Source: a virus
Taxonomy: Duplodnaviria > Caudoviricetes
Direction: 5' to 3' (one strand)
DNA: 64,000 bases
Virus record (IMG/VR): IMGVR_UViG_3300027740_000003
Location: 1-64,000 of that record
Position 1 is the stretch's first letter. Each line of letters begins with the position of its first letter. The position numbers and the translations under genes are program-made. The notes beneath the pieces were generated by a model that saw only the letters and a list, made by a program, of their open reading frames with translations, searched no databases and was not told where the DNA came from. Positions 9,828 through 19,712 of this stretch are shown here, piece by piece.

Positions 9828-10627
9828 TTTGATTCCTCATATTGCTCTTGATCTGATTCGGCAATAATTTTATCCCATTCAGGTTCCATAATTTTATTAT
9901 ATTCATCCTCTGCTATTCTAACTTTCTTTTTATTTGGTTTATAAAAAAGAAAATATCCAATGACAGATGTAAACAATGTTGCAACAACAAAAGCTACAAC
10001 GCTTGCTGGTATAGATAAAACAAAAAACATAGACGTTAGAATTGCATATGTTAATATAAAATATCCTGGTATAACATATAATTTATTAATTCTAAATTCA
10101 TTTTTAGCAACAGCTAGCTTGTCTTCTGGAGATAAAGAAAAACAACTGCCATCAAGACATTTGGTTAAATAATTTGTTTCATTATATTTAATATCTTTAT
10201 CAAAAAAAAGATTATTTACTTTATCAATAAGTTTTTTTAACCAATTCGTTTCTTCATATTTGAGAGATTTAAGAGCTTCATCAAGCTGTTTTTCCACTTC
10301 TTCGTGTGGAATTAATTTAGGTCTATTATTTAGATCATACCGGAACATGTTTTCTATAGCGTCATGTGGTTCTAATTGTTTTAGAGAAAGATTGTTGCTC
10401 AAACGAATTTTTTCTAAAGATTTAATCATAGCAGACTCTTCATGGTCTGACATAATTAAATCAATAATCAAACGTTCCTCTTCTTGAGCTGTCATAATAT
10501 GGCGTTTCGTTTCTTGTGTTGTTATTTTTGGTTGAATAGAAGAATCTATCTTCAATACTTTATTGCGTTTTCTTTCTACCTCTTCAAGAGAAATAAAAAG
10601 CGTCGGAGGAGGCGGAAGCATTCCCAT
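9803..10627 (-). CDS. Membrane protein, C-terminally paralogous to 8464..9192
   Basis: Two TM helices then KKVRIAEDEYNKIMEPEWDKIIAES. Confidence 0.65.
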   Translation of the reverse strand: MGMLPPPPTLFISLEEVERKRNKVLKIDSSIQPKITTQETKRHIMTAQEEERLIIDLIMSDHEESAMIKSLEKIRLSNNLSLKQLEPHDAIENMFRYDLNNRPKLIPHEEVEKQLDEALKSLKYEETNWLKKLIDKVNNLFFDKDIKYNETNYLTKCLDGSCFSLSPEDKLAVAKNEFRINKLYVIPGYFILTYAILTSMFFVLSIPASVVAFVVATLFTSVIGYFLFYKPNKKKVRIAEDEYNKIMEPEWDKIIAESDQEQYEESKCQHIAKL

Positions 10628-10694
10628 ATTATTTCCTATATATTTCTTTTCAAGTCGGCCTGAACAATTTTTACATACTACATTGCAACCGGAA

Positions 10695-12626
10695 TTATAA
10701 CTCTTCTAATTCTTCTTCCATTCCGGAACTAAGAATAGGCCATCTGCACCAACTCCTAGGATCTAAATTCTCATCATCAAAATGGAAGCTTGGAGCGTAC
10801 CTTTCTCGTTTCCATTGATTCCGACTCCATAGTCTGAAGAACTTCTTAATCCACTCTTTTAATTTTTCATCTTCTGTTCCAGGAAATTCATTCATCGCTC
10901 TAAAATAATCAAAACATTCTTTGGGAGAAAGCTTATCTCGAATTGCTTTTTCCTCAATTGCTTCCAATGCCCAATATGGCATTAAATCATCTTCGTCTAT
11001 TTGATTCTGATCTAATGGACGAAGCTCAGCACTTGGACAAAGGTTTTTATAAAACTCTAAAGGTCTTGAATATTCTTTTTTGGACAAATAATCAAGCCAA
11101 GAAAGAACAAACTCTTTATCAATCCCGGCAATAGGAGCTAATCCTCCACAAGTATCGCCATCCATTGTTGCATATCCAACAGCTGCTTCGCTTCTATTGC
11201 TTGTGGTCAACAATAAAGCGTTTTTGATATTGGCCAACAACCATACGCTTGGAACCCTTACTCTAGCTTGAATATTCTGTAAAGCAACGTCATCCTTCTC
11301 CCAAACTAATTCTCTGCCAATCATTTCTTCAATTTTGAACAAATAATCATTTATAACATTATCAACATAAATCAAATAAAATTTAGCCCCCAGTTCGGCA
11401 GATAATTTTCTAGCAGAATGTAAAGTTTCTAAATCATTATTTTTTGTTTTTTGATATACACAAGTTAATATTTTTTCCAAAATATTTTTTTTATTTGTTC
11501 CATATTTTATCCCAAAGTAATTAAATATTGCTTCTGGATTTTCACACATAACATTTTCAACCATTTTGTGAACCATAATAGCCACAGCGCTGCTATCCGC
11601 TCCTCCACTTAATGAAAGCACAAATCCATTAGACTTGCTTTTTCTCATATAATCCCACAAAGCAAGCGAAGACGCAGCACTGAATTCTTCAAACTTATTC
11701 AAAGAGATCTGTGCGACAAACTTGTTTTCATTATCAAAAGTGGCTTGTGGAAATTTAACAGAGGCAGTTTTAGAATTAATGCAATCTTCTGGACGATACA
11801 TTCCATTTGCACACTGTGCCGTTCTTGTCTGGTCAATGTCAACAATAGCTGTAGATAAATAATGATCTTTAAAAGAAAACCTTTTCCCACATGACAACAG
11901 ATTTCCATTGCTAGCAATGATCGTATCTCCGTCATAGATGATTCTGCCAGCTTCATTGCCTAACAAATTAGCATAAATATAAGTACAGCGAAATGCTCTA
12001 GACCCCTCTAGAACAAATCGCTCTCTTATTTCGGATTTTCCAAATGCAAAATGGCTTGCACTAGGATTCAGAATGATATCCACACCATGAGAAGCTAACT
12101 TGATTCCCGGTCTATCAGCAACCCAGGCATCTTCACATATTTCAAACCCAATTTTAATTCCATCAATGTCTAAAATAGAATCGCCAATATAACAGCCTTT
12201 AACCATAGAAGAACAACCGTCCTTCCACGGTTTAAACCAACGGGATTCATAATGAATTCCATCGGATGCCAGGTTTTTCTTAGCGGCAATATAAAGAACT
12301 TTACTAATAGCAAATTCTTTTTTCCCAATAACCGCAGAACAATTATACAAAGCATTATTCCATCGGACAGGTAAACCAACCGAAAAAATAACACCAGTAT
12401 CTAATCGTTCTAGTCTTTCAAGAACTTCCCAGGCTTTTTCAGCCACATGATTGGATAAAAAAACATCTTCACAACCATATCCTGTGATGCAAAGCTCAGG
12501 AAGGCACAATAAACCAACCCCTCTTGCTTCAGCTTCTTTAATTGCCGCAACAATACGGTTATAATTCCCCTCCCAATCAAGGGGAATTTGGTTTACAGAG
12601 GCGGCTCCGACCTTAATTAGTCTCAT
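10695..12626 (-). CDS. nadE: Glutamine-dependent NAD+ synthetase
   Basis: Nitrilase domain (LPELCITGY, AAKKNL, FEICEDAW) plus synthetase domain (LSLSGGADS, NIQARVR, TSNRSEAAVGYATMDGD, PSAEL). Confidence 0.95.
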   Translation of the reverse strand: MRLIKVGAASVNQIPLDWEGNYNRIVAAIKEAEARGVGLLCLPELCITGYGCEDVFLSNHVAEKAWEVLERLERLDTGVIFSVGLPVRWNNALYNCSAVIGKKEFAISKVLYIAAKKNLASDGIHYESRWFKPWKDGCSSMVKGCYIGDSILDIDGIKIGFEICEDAWVADRPGIKLASHGVDIILNPSASHFAFGKSEIRERFVLEGSRAFRCTYIYANLLGNEAGRIIYDGDTIIASNGNLLSCGKRFSFKDHYLSTAIVDIDQTRTAQCANGMYRPEDCINSKTASVKFPQATFDNENKFVAQISLNKFEEFSAASSLALWDYMRKSKSNGFVLSLSGGADSSAVAIMVHKMVENVMCENPEAIFNYFGIKYGTNKKNILEKILTCVYQKTKNNDLETLHSARKLSAELGAKFYLIYVDNVINDYLFKIEEMIGRELVWEKDDVALQNIQARVRVPSVWLLANIKNALLLTTSNRSEAAVGYATMDGDTCGGLAPIAGIDKEFVLSWLDYLSKKEYSRPLEFYKNLCPSAELRPLDQNQIDEDDLMPYWALEAIEEKAIRDKLSPKECFDYFRAMNEFPGTEDEKLKEWIKKFFRLWSRNQWKRERYAPSFHFDDENLDPRSWCRWPILSSGMEEELEEL

Positions 12627-12632
12627 GCGACC

Positions 12633-12660
12633 AGTATAACCACCATGCCAGCCGTGTCAA
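12633..12660 (-). promoter_or_regulatory. sigma70-type promoter, nadE (leaderless geometry)
   Basis: TTGACA-16-TATACT, then 6 nt to ATG. Confidence 0.7.
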
Positions 12661-12695
12661 GGGGCCGCCCATAGTTGTTATTATTCAATAATCTT

Positions 12696-14009
12696 TCATT
12701 TCTTTATCTGTTGCATCCACCAGGCCCTGGACCGGTCCATTATTGCTTTGGCAACCTGTTTCCACTGTAAACCTGATTCCTCTAGCTCGGCAACGCTCTC
12801 CCTCTGCACATCCTGGCCGAATTCTTTTAGAAATTGACCAATATTTTTCATGTCAATTCCCCCAACCTTCTGTGCAATCTGTTCTAATCTATTATCTGTA
12901 CAAAACAACTCAACAAATTCGTTGATAGTAGAGACAAATTCTGGATTAATCTGTGCTGGTTGCTTTGAATTAACTACTTTATGTGCCTCTCCTTTGGCTT
13001 TAAATACCAAATCTGTATAATCTTGTTTGCTGATTAAAGTTTTGCCATCTAGAATAGGATACATTACAACCCCTTCCCCTATTCCTTCTATTCCAAATGT
13101 TTCTTTTACCCAAGGATCACATTTCTCCACATCGGCTACCATTTGGTTGATAACTTCTGTTGACTTTTTTAATTGATCCTCATCAAAATAGTCTAACTCA
13201 ATTTCGTTCCCATACCAAGGAATGATATAAACATCAGGCTCATTGTGTGGGCCAATGATTTTGGCAATTTCTGCCGGATCTGTTTCTAAATATCCATCAA
13301 TGGAACCAATTTGAATAGCAAAGATGGCCATAATCCGTTTATCAATCTTTGAAATGGCACATCTTTTTTGAATGGATTGTCCACAAAACTCTCCAAAAAT
13401 AACCAAATGATCTTTAATGCCCAAGCTATCTGCGTTCTTTCTAACATTAAGAAAAAAGTTATATTTAGCTACTGTCCAGGCAGCTGACCCCATGTTGTCT
13501 TCTTTGACACTGATGACTCTAGCATGACTTTGAGGGATAACTTTCAAACCATCATAATCAGATGGAGTCAGTTGAATACCAATATTCGTACCGTCAGCTT
13601 TGCATTTTGCCCGGTAAATGACCTTTCTTTCAAGCCCTTGTTTTTGCAAATCTCTTCGTACATTAAATAGGGACTCGATATGTGGCCAAGCAATTAAACT
13701 ACCGGCAGCCGGTTCTGGCTTGCAATATTCTTCTGACAAATCCGTTCCTTCTGAAGCTCCAGTTTTGCCTAATGCCATTCCATAAGAAGGGATATTTCTA
13801 ATTTTATGTGTTCTAATCGCCGTTCCATCTTTTAGTATAGATCCTGCCAAAACGATGGTGGCAATATCCCCAACCTCATATACGTTTTCTAGATTTGCTA
13901 CAATCTGAATTGGATCTGTTTTTTGAGGACAAACGAATTGGTATAGTTTTAAAGCATCGGCATTAGGATGCTTTTCGGCTTTAATACAACGCATTGCTAT
14001 TGCTGTCAT
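12696..14009 (-). CDS. RNA ligase (Rnl2-like) with N-terminal tRNA-binding OB domain
   Basis: N-term EKHPNADAL...QIV...GD...IRNIPSYGM (PheT-like OB); KADGTN (motif I), FGEFCG, EGIGEGVV, FKAKGEAH. Confidence 0.8.
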   Translation of the reverse strand: MTAIAMRCIKAEKHPNADALKLYQFVCPQKTDPIQIVANLENVYEVGDIATIVLAGSILKDGTAIRTHKIRNIPSYGMALGKTGASEGTDLSEEYCKPEPAAGSLIAWPHIESLFNVRRDLQKQGLERKVIYRAKCKADGTNIGIQLTPSDYDGLKVIPQSHARVISVKEDNMGSAAWTVAKYNFFLNVRKNADSLGIKDHLVIFGEFCGQSIQKRCAISKIDKRIMAIFAIQIGSIDGYLETDPAEIAKIIGPHNEPDVYIIPWYGNEIELDYFDEDQLKKSTEVINQMVADVEKCDPWVKETFGIEGIGEGVVMYPILDGKTLISKQDYTDLVFKAKGEAHKVVNSKQPAQINPEFVSTINEFVELFCTDNRLEQIAQKVGGIDMKNIGQFLKEFGQDVQRESVAELEESGLQWKQVAKAIMDRSRAWWMQQIKK

Positions 14010-14010
14010 T

Positions 14011-14805
14011 TTATTCTCCTAAATATATTCCTGCCACTGAAACATCATCGTAGTTTTCCCAGCCCAACTTTGGCATATCTTTTATAAATCTTTTTACTCT
14101 CCTCTTTATAAACTCTCCTTGATATCCTTTGAATGCCAATAGTTCTTTTAATACCTCATGATATGTTATCGGAACATTACCTTTGCTACTGTCCGATACT
14201 ACTTTTTTGGTAAAAGACTTTACTCCATCAGACATCAATAGTATTGCTTTATAAGCAAGTCTGTCAACATAAAAATATTGAAAACGTTCTTTTTGTTCTG
14301 TAATTGTTCCATCTTTGGTACTGCTGATAATAGCTTTGGTACCATATTTTTCTATATATTTATCTTCCCTTTCTTTATTTAAAGAATAAGAAAGATACCA
14401 CGGGGCTCCTGATGGATATTCTATATCTATAATATCTAGAGAATCATCATTGTTAATAAAACCCAATACCCCGTCTCCAATAACTTGAATCCAAACAAGT
14501 ATATCATCGGATATCACGGACAACAACGTAGCATCTAAACAGTCCGTGTCAACTCCCGGAAAACAAGAACATATACGCGCCGCATTATCAATAAACTTTT
14601 TGTCAAATAGGTTTTCGTGAGTTGTTGCTATTCTTTCCTCGGCAGAACATACTAGAATCCTTGCTCCAATATCTGTATGTTCCGAGCTGGAACATCCATC
14701 CGAAATAATTGCATATGATGCTCCCATGTTTGTTCTGCCACATCTAGAATAATCCTCACATACATTGTGAGACTTACCAGTAAAGAAAAAACAATCTGAA
14801 TGCAT
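14011..14805 (-). CDS. PP2C-family protein phosphatase
   Basis: GKSHNVCEDY, AIISDGCSSS, IGDG, LLMSDG, YDDVSV; start set at ATG 14805. Confidence 0.85.
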   Translation of the reverse strand: MHSDCFFFTGKSHNVCEDYSRCGRTNMGASYAIISDGCSSSEHTDIGARILVCSAEERIATTHENLFDKKFIDNAARICSCFPGVDTDCLDATLLSVISDDILVWIQVIGDGVLGFINNDDSLDIIDIEYPSGAPWYLSYSLNKEREDKYIEKYGTKAIISSTKDGTITEQKERFQYFYVDRLAYKAILLMSDGVKSFTKKVVSDSSKGNVPITYHEVLKELLAFKGYQGEFIKRRVKRFIKDMPKLGWENYDDVSVAGIYLGE

Positions 14806-15030
14806 ATTGCCCCTAATAATAATTGAACCCGCCAATTAAACGGGTTCAATTATTCAAATATATAAACGTCTATTCCGCAGATTCTAAATCTTGGTTCCGT
14901 ATTCTCTTTTTTGTAATTATAGAAAAAGAAATAACGTTTCCAAGAACGGTTCCACTCCTTTGGATTAGTATAACCAATCCAAAGGTTATTGGAAATAAAC
15001 CACATTATTGATTGGCCAGTTTTTGGCATA

Positions 15031-15786
15031 TCAAATCGTCAACGAACCATTAATGTTAATAACCTGTGATGGTCCGCCAGTTCCAAGACTTTGGCTCTGC
15101 GAAGAAATACTCTTGGAAATAAACTTGTTTAACTTAGCTAACGTAGATGCTGAAGCGTCATTTAGCTTAACAAGCTGATCAAACTTACCTTCCTTCTCAA
15201 GCTTATCAAGATAAGTAGGGCTAATGCTAGACGAATTTACTGCAACAAGTATGGTAAGAATGGATTCTAAAGCCTCTTCTTTAACACAAGAATCCTTTGC
15301 GTTTCCCACTCCTTGAGATCCAAACTTGGATACATTGTCCTCACCGTCCGTAATTACAATTACAATACCGTTAACATCAACGTCATTGGCATTTAATTGC
15401 TTGGCATAGTTTTTAATACCCTCAACTGCATCAATTGAAGCATCAAAACAAGCCGTGCTTCCACCACAGGACAGGACTCCAGAATAATCATTGATCTGAC
15501 AGTTTTCCAACAGTTTAAATCCATGAACTTCTTCTGGGGTATTGGCAAATTTAATTACCCTAACCATAAGGTTGTCTGCTCTAGGAGAATACTGAAGCGC
15601 TTTAATTGCTTCCTTGGTACACTTCTCCAGCTCTGATTGAAAAGATGCAACAGAACCACTTACATCAACAACAATTGTTGCTAAAGTATATTCGGATGCC
15701 CCAAGCTGGTCCATCCGAACACCAGAGAATCCGAAATGGCCAACGTTGGCATTTTCTTCCATTGTATTGTCATTTAATCGAGGCAT
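15031..15786 (-). CDS. vWA-domain protein (TerY-like)
   Basis: MIDAS VDVSGSV, GGSTA, VITDGEDN. Confidence 0.8.
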   Translation of the reverse strand: MPRLNDNTMEENANVGHFGFSGVRMDQLGASEYTLATIVVDVSGSVASFQSELEKCTKEAIKALQYSPRADNLMVRVIKFANTPEEVHGFKLLENCQINDYSGVLSCGGSTACFDASIDAVEGIKNYAKQLNANDVDVNGIVIVITDGEDNVSKFGSQGVGNAKDSCVKEEALESILTILVAVNSSSISPTYLDKLEKEGKFDQLVKLNDASASTLAKLNKFISKSISSQSQSLGTGGPSQVININGSLTI

Positions 15787-15799
15787 TGTATTATTCCTT

Positions 15800-16453
15800 T
15801 TACTTCAATTCTTCTTGTTCTTCATCTGTTAAAAACGATTCGTTAGCATCAGCATCATTTGTTAATCTCATTCGAGACATTCCACGGCTCAAATTAGTAT
15901 AAACCGCTTTTGTTCCAACACGGTTGGCAGAATAATTATATGCATTTTGCGGAGCTATACCTAAAGAAGTGGCTTGTGCTGATTGAAAATCAGGATCCCC
16001 TCCTCCAAGGAACACAAATGACCACTGGTATTTGTCGGTCTGATGGTGCACCATCTCTTCCACTTTTTCTGCAAGGAATTCCTGCGAAGAATTCTCCTGC
16101 CCATCTGTAATAATTAAAAATACTACTTTTCCTGGTCGTTTATCTTCCTCTGTATTTGCTAGCCTTTCGCCAACAGTATTAATTGTCTTCCCAACCGCAT
16201 CTAACAAAGCAGTCATTCCTCTCGGAACATATGTTGTTGTGTCCAACGGCTTTACATCATTGATGTCTACACCGTTGTAATCAATTTGATACTGATCATC
16301 AAATTGAACCAATGTTAAGATTGCTTTGCCTTCCAATTTTTGCTGTTCAGTTAAGAAATTATTGAAACCGCCAATGGTTTCATTAACCAGACATGACATA
16401 GAACCAGAACGATCTATGATTGCTACAATTTCTGTTAGATTTTTATCTGTCAT
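15800..16453 (-). CDS. vWA-domain protein
   Basis: IDRSGSM, PRGMTALLDA, IITDGQEN. Confidence 0.88.
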   Translation of the reverse strand: MTDKNLTEIVAIIDRSGSMSCLVNETIGGFNNFLTEQQKLEGKAILTLVQFDDQYQIDYNGVDINDVKPLDTTTYVPRGMTALLDAVGKTINTVGERLANTEEDKRPGKVVFLIITDGQENSSQEFLAEKVEEMVHHQTDKYQWSFVFLGGGDPDFQSAQATSLGIAPQNAYNYSANRVGTKAVYTNLSRGMSRMRLTNDADANESFLTDEEQEELK

Positions 16454-16458
16454 TTGTA

Positions 16459-17253
16459 TTACCTCAAAAACTTATCTGTGGTTGAAAGCTGCATTCCTTT
16501 GGAAACCATCTCTTTGATGAAATCCTCCTGGAGTTTTTCAAAACCAGGAACTGGACTTGTTGCATCTGTTAGAAGAACAAGCTTCTTAATGTAAGAAGCA
16601 TCATTGAACTGTGTTGCTAGGTCGCGAATACTATTAGCAAGACAATGTGATCCTGCTTCGCCAGCAACAACAATCAAATCGGCAGTCATTAGTGTTTGAA
16701 CTAATGCTGTATTAACCTGTGTTGACGGATCTTTGGGATCAGGAACGTCAGCCTGGAAGATTGAGTAATGCTCAGTCTTGATGTTGCTCCCTTTGGTGAC
16801 GTAATCGACTACAGCGAATTCCTCTTCCCATTTACAAAGAGCATCAAACAAAACTGGAACAACAGTGTGTCCACGGCTAGAAATGAGGCAGTGAGCTGGC
16901 CATACACATAATGGGTACCTGCCATTCTTTTCCAATTGCTTTACATAATCCAAAGAGTGTCTTTGGAAACTAGGTTGTGTCGCCATCCATCGACCAGATT
17001 CTACATCACTAACCGAGATAACTGTGAACGGACTTGGATGATCTCCGTTGCTGTTTCTCCACCAAATTGGATGAGCAATATGAACAGGATGATGACTGTC
17101 TAAAGTGATATGGATATCGTCTAATTTAGACGAACATCGTAGAACGAAATCTGTAAGCCTTGCCATGTCATCATCGGCACCTGGAACAAACAAAGCTCCA
17201 CTGGGTTCCGAAAAATCAATTTGCGGATCAATTACGAAGAGATGAACTTTCAT
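16459..17253 (-). CDS. pncA: Nicotinamidase/isochorismatase-family hydrolase (PncA-like)
   Basis: VIDPQIDF (Asp), LDSHHPVH (metal ligands), VTKGSN (Lys), EAGSHCL (Cys). Confidence 0.8.
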   Translation of the reverse strand: MKVHLFVIDPQIDFSEPSGALFVPGADDDMARLTDFVLRCSSKLDDIHITLDSHHPVHIAHPIWWRNSNGDHPSPFTVISVSDVESGRWMATQPSFQRHSLDYVKQLEKNGRYPLCVWPAHCLISSRGHTVVPVLFDALCKWEEEFAVVDYVTKGSNIKTEHYSIFQADVPDPKDPSTQVNTALVQTLMTADLIVVAGEAGSHCLANSIRDLATQFNDASYIKKLVLLTDATSPVPGFEKLQEDFIKEMVSKGMQLSTTDKFLR

Positions 17254-17286
17254 TTCATTATTCCTTTTTTCTCTAGTGTCCAGAAC

Positions 17287-17315
17287 ATCATAGTCATCCG
17301 GGCCCGTTCTGTCAA
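17287..17315 (-). promoter_or_regulatory. sigma70-type promoter for the pncA-vWA-vWA-PP2C-ligase unit
   Basis: TTGACA-17-TATGAT. Confidence 0.75.
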
Positions 17316-17361
17316 GCTCCGGATGGCCAGGAATACTTTTGTATTATTTTAGGAGGAAGAT

Positions 17362-18198
17362 ATGGGCATTATTCAAACAATTAAATCAACAATCGTGAAA
17401 CCAACAATTAAAATTGGAGGATGGCTTCCAGATCCTGCCAATAAAATATATTGGAAATTTGATAAATCTATTCTTTCTTTAATAGAAAGCAAAATACAAT
17501 ATAAAAGTGGTCAAAATGTTGATCTTCGTCCATATTCAAGTCCTCGACATAATCAAGGATCTACATCAAGTTGTGTTGGAAACGGTTTAATAAAAGCTCT
17601 TGAAATAAAAAGAATTATTCAACACGGTCATTCAGCTCATGTTGATTTATCTAGATCTTTTTTATATTACTACGCTAGGGCTAGAAAAAATCCACCCATG
17701 ACAAATGAAGATTCGGGTTGCTACATATATATTGCATGTGATGTAATGAGAAATATTGGAGTGTGCTCAGAAAGCCTACATCCTTTTTCAACAAAAACAA
17801 TAAACAAATGTCCATCTCAAATGGCAGCAAGAGAATGCAGATTAAACAGAATCAAATCTCATTTCAAAATTAAGTCTCAAGGCAATGAAAGATTAGATGA
17901 TATTATTTTTAATCTACAGGCTGGAAATCCTGTTGTATTTGGAACAACTGTTGGTCAAGATTGGATAGATTATAAAGGTGGAACCTTGGGTGTTGAAACA
18001 AGGCCTATTGGTGGCCATGCGCTTACTGTTGTCGGACATATAAACGGTCTGTTTATAATTGAAAATAGCTGGGGAGGAGGATCTTCTTGGGGGGAAGACG
18101 GTTTTGCATATGTTAAACCAGAAGTATTAACACATCCATCAACTAGAGATCTTTGGGTAATTGTAGATGGTTCTGAAGCTTGGACGGAGAAGAAATGA
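17362..18198 (+). CDS. Papain-like C1 cysteine peptidase
   Basis: NQGSTSSCVGN, GGHAL, IENSWG triad; AGGAGG RBS upstream. Confidence 0.9.
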   Translation: MGIIQTIKSTIVKPTIKIGGWLPDPANKIYWKFDKSILSLIESKIQYKSGQNVDLRPYSSPRHNQGSTSSCVGNGLIKALEIKRIIQHGHSAHVDLSRSFLYYYARARKNPPMTNEDSGCYIYIACDVMRNIGVCSESLHPFSTKTINKCPSQMAARECRLNRIKSHFKIKSQGNERLDDIIFNLQAGNPVVFGTTVGQDWIDYKGGTLGVETRPIGGHALTVVGHINGLFIIENSWGGGSSWGEDGFAYVKPEVLTHPSTRDLWVIVDGSEAWTEKK

Positions 18199-18551
18199 AA
18201 AACATATTAACAATAATTCTTAGTGCTTTTATAATTGGATGCGCTTCATGTAGTGGCGGGAATGACGATCCTAAACCATATATAGATATAGTTGATGATC
18301 TAGAAGACTGTGAGCCGGCTTGTTTTAATGCCGGACAGCTAGATTGCCCAGAGGGAGAAGATTTAGTATATCCTGGAACCACATGTATTGGTGATGGAGA
18401 TTGTGTTGATGGAGAATGTATTAATGGACAATGCACAGAAACATGTGAAAAACTTTGTGAAGAATTTGTTCATGAAGGGATTAGACAAGGATTAGAATGC
18501 TGGATAACAATGACCGCTTGTGAAGAAATTGAATCCGTTTGCAAAGGTTAA
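18195..18551 (+). CDS. Cys-rich putative lipoprotein
   Basis: MKNILTIILSAFIIG-C lipobox, many Cys, ATGA overlap with the peptidase stop. Confidence 0.65.
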   Translation: MKNILTIILSAFIIGCASCSGGNDDPKPYIDIVDDLEDCEPACFNAGQLDCPEGEDLVYPGTTCIGDGDCVDGECINGQCTETCEKLCEEFVHEGIRQGLECWITMTACEEIESVCKG

Positions 18552-19096
18552 TACCTTCCATGATATGAAGCTCCGGGAGTTTTATGATCTCCTATAGTGG
18601 TTGGTCTTTCGCTACGGTTGGAATTTTCCCAATTTTCGTTTATTATTTTCCATCTCATTTCAATTAGAGCACGCAGCTCTAAACAAAAACTCTCTGTTGC
18701 TGATAATGCTAAACTTAGGTTGTGTAGCAAATCTGGTTCGATCTGATCTATAAAATCTTTATAATTTTGTGAATCACTAAGTTTAGACAAATCATTGATT
18801 ATTTGGGGAATATTAGTCCATGTATTCCATTTGCGGGTATATTCCAAACAACCTTCTTTATTTTCAAATGCCTCTTTAAGCCTACTGTTTACATCTGGTT
18901 TAACTTTTTCTAAAGCTTTTTCTAATTCTTTGTAAATTAACGCCTTGTCTTCAACTGACCAATTACTAGAATTTTTCATAACAAAACCAATATGCTGAAC
19001 AAAATCTAAAGCCCCGCTTCCATTTTCAGCACAATATTTATTTACAATTCTTTTTAACTCTGTTTCTAACTCTTTTATATTCATTTTATTTTCCAT
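18548..19096 (-). CDS. Hypothetical protein
   Basis: 182-aa ORF. Confidence 0.6.
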   Translation of the reverse strand: MENKMNIKELETELKRIVNKYCAENGSGALDFVQHIGFVMKNSSNWSVEDKALIYKELEKALEKVKPDVNSRLKEAFENKEGCLEYTRKWNTWTNIPQIINDLSKLSDSQNYKDFIDQIEPDLLHNLSLALSATESFCLELRALIEMRWKIINENWENSNRSERPTTIGDHKTPGASYHGRY

Positions 19097-19110
19097 TTAA
19101 ATTGTATGTG

Positions 19111-19431
19111 TTATCCAATTATATCTATTATAGAAAGCTCTTCATCTGATGCTTCTTTGAAGAAAAGCATGTCATCTTCGTCTACAATCATAGATAGCCC
19201 CAATTTATTATCAGACTTGCAATAATACCCATTCTCGTATCTTAAATTATGCTTAGACTTACAATAATATCCTTTCTCGTATTTTAAATACGAAGACTCA
19301 CCCTTCTCTATAGAGGTCAATTGCCACAATACATTATTAAAACACTCTCTAAAATATCCACTGAAATATTTTTCACAAATATAATCCTTTCTTTCATCGT
19401 CAAGAATATATTTCTTTTGTAATGTTTGCAT
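19111..19431 (-). CDS. Hypothetical protein ending EELSIIDIIG
   Basis: 106-aa ORF; variant of the shared C-terminal tag. Confidence 0.6.
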   Translation of the reverse strand: MQTLQKKYILDDERKDYICEKYFSGYFRECFNNVLWQLTSIEKGESSYLKYEKGYYCKSKHNLRYENGYYCKSDNKLGLSMIVDEDDMLFFKEASDEELSIIDIIG

Positions 19432-19709
19432 TATTCGATTATATCTTTTATTATTTTACAAGTTTTACATAAATCTTTCATTTTAACAAACGAAAAGAAA
19501 ACACATTCTATATAATCTATAGACACATAGGTATCAGTATCAGATTTAAATTCAATATATTTTCTACAACATGAGGAACAGGCAGTATAATACAATACAA
19601 AATCTGTGTCAAATAATATGTTAAAAAATACCCTAGCTAATAAAAGCATCGGAAAAATTACTAATATTATAATTAAAAGAACGTTAATTACATAAAATAT
19701 AATATTCAT
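19431..19709 (-). CDS. Membrane-anchored Cys-rich protein ending IIKDIIE
   Basis: N-terminal TM, CxxC pairs, tag. Confidence 0.6.
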   Translation of the reverse strand: MNIIFYVINVLLIIILVIFPMLLLARVFFNILFDTDFVLYYTACSSCCRKYIEFKSDTDTYVSIDYIECVFFSFVKMKDLCKTCKIIKDIIE

Positions 19710-19712
19710 TTG

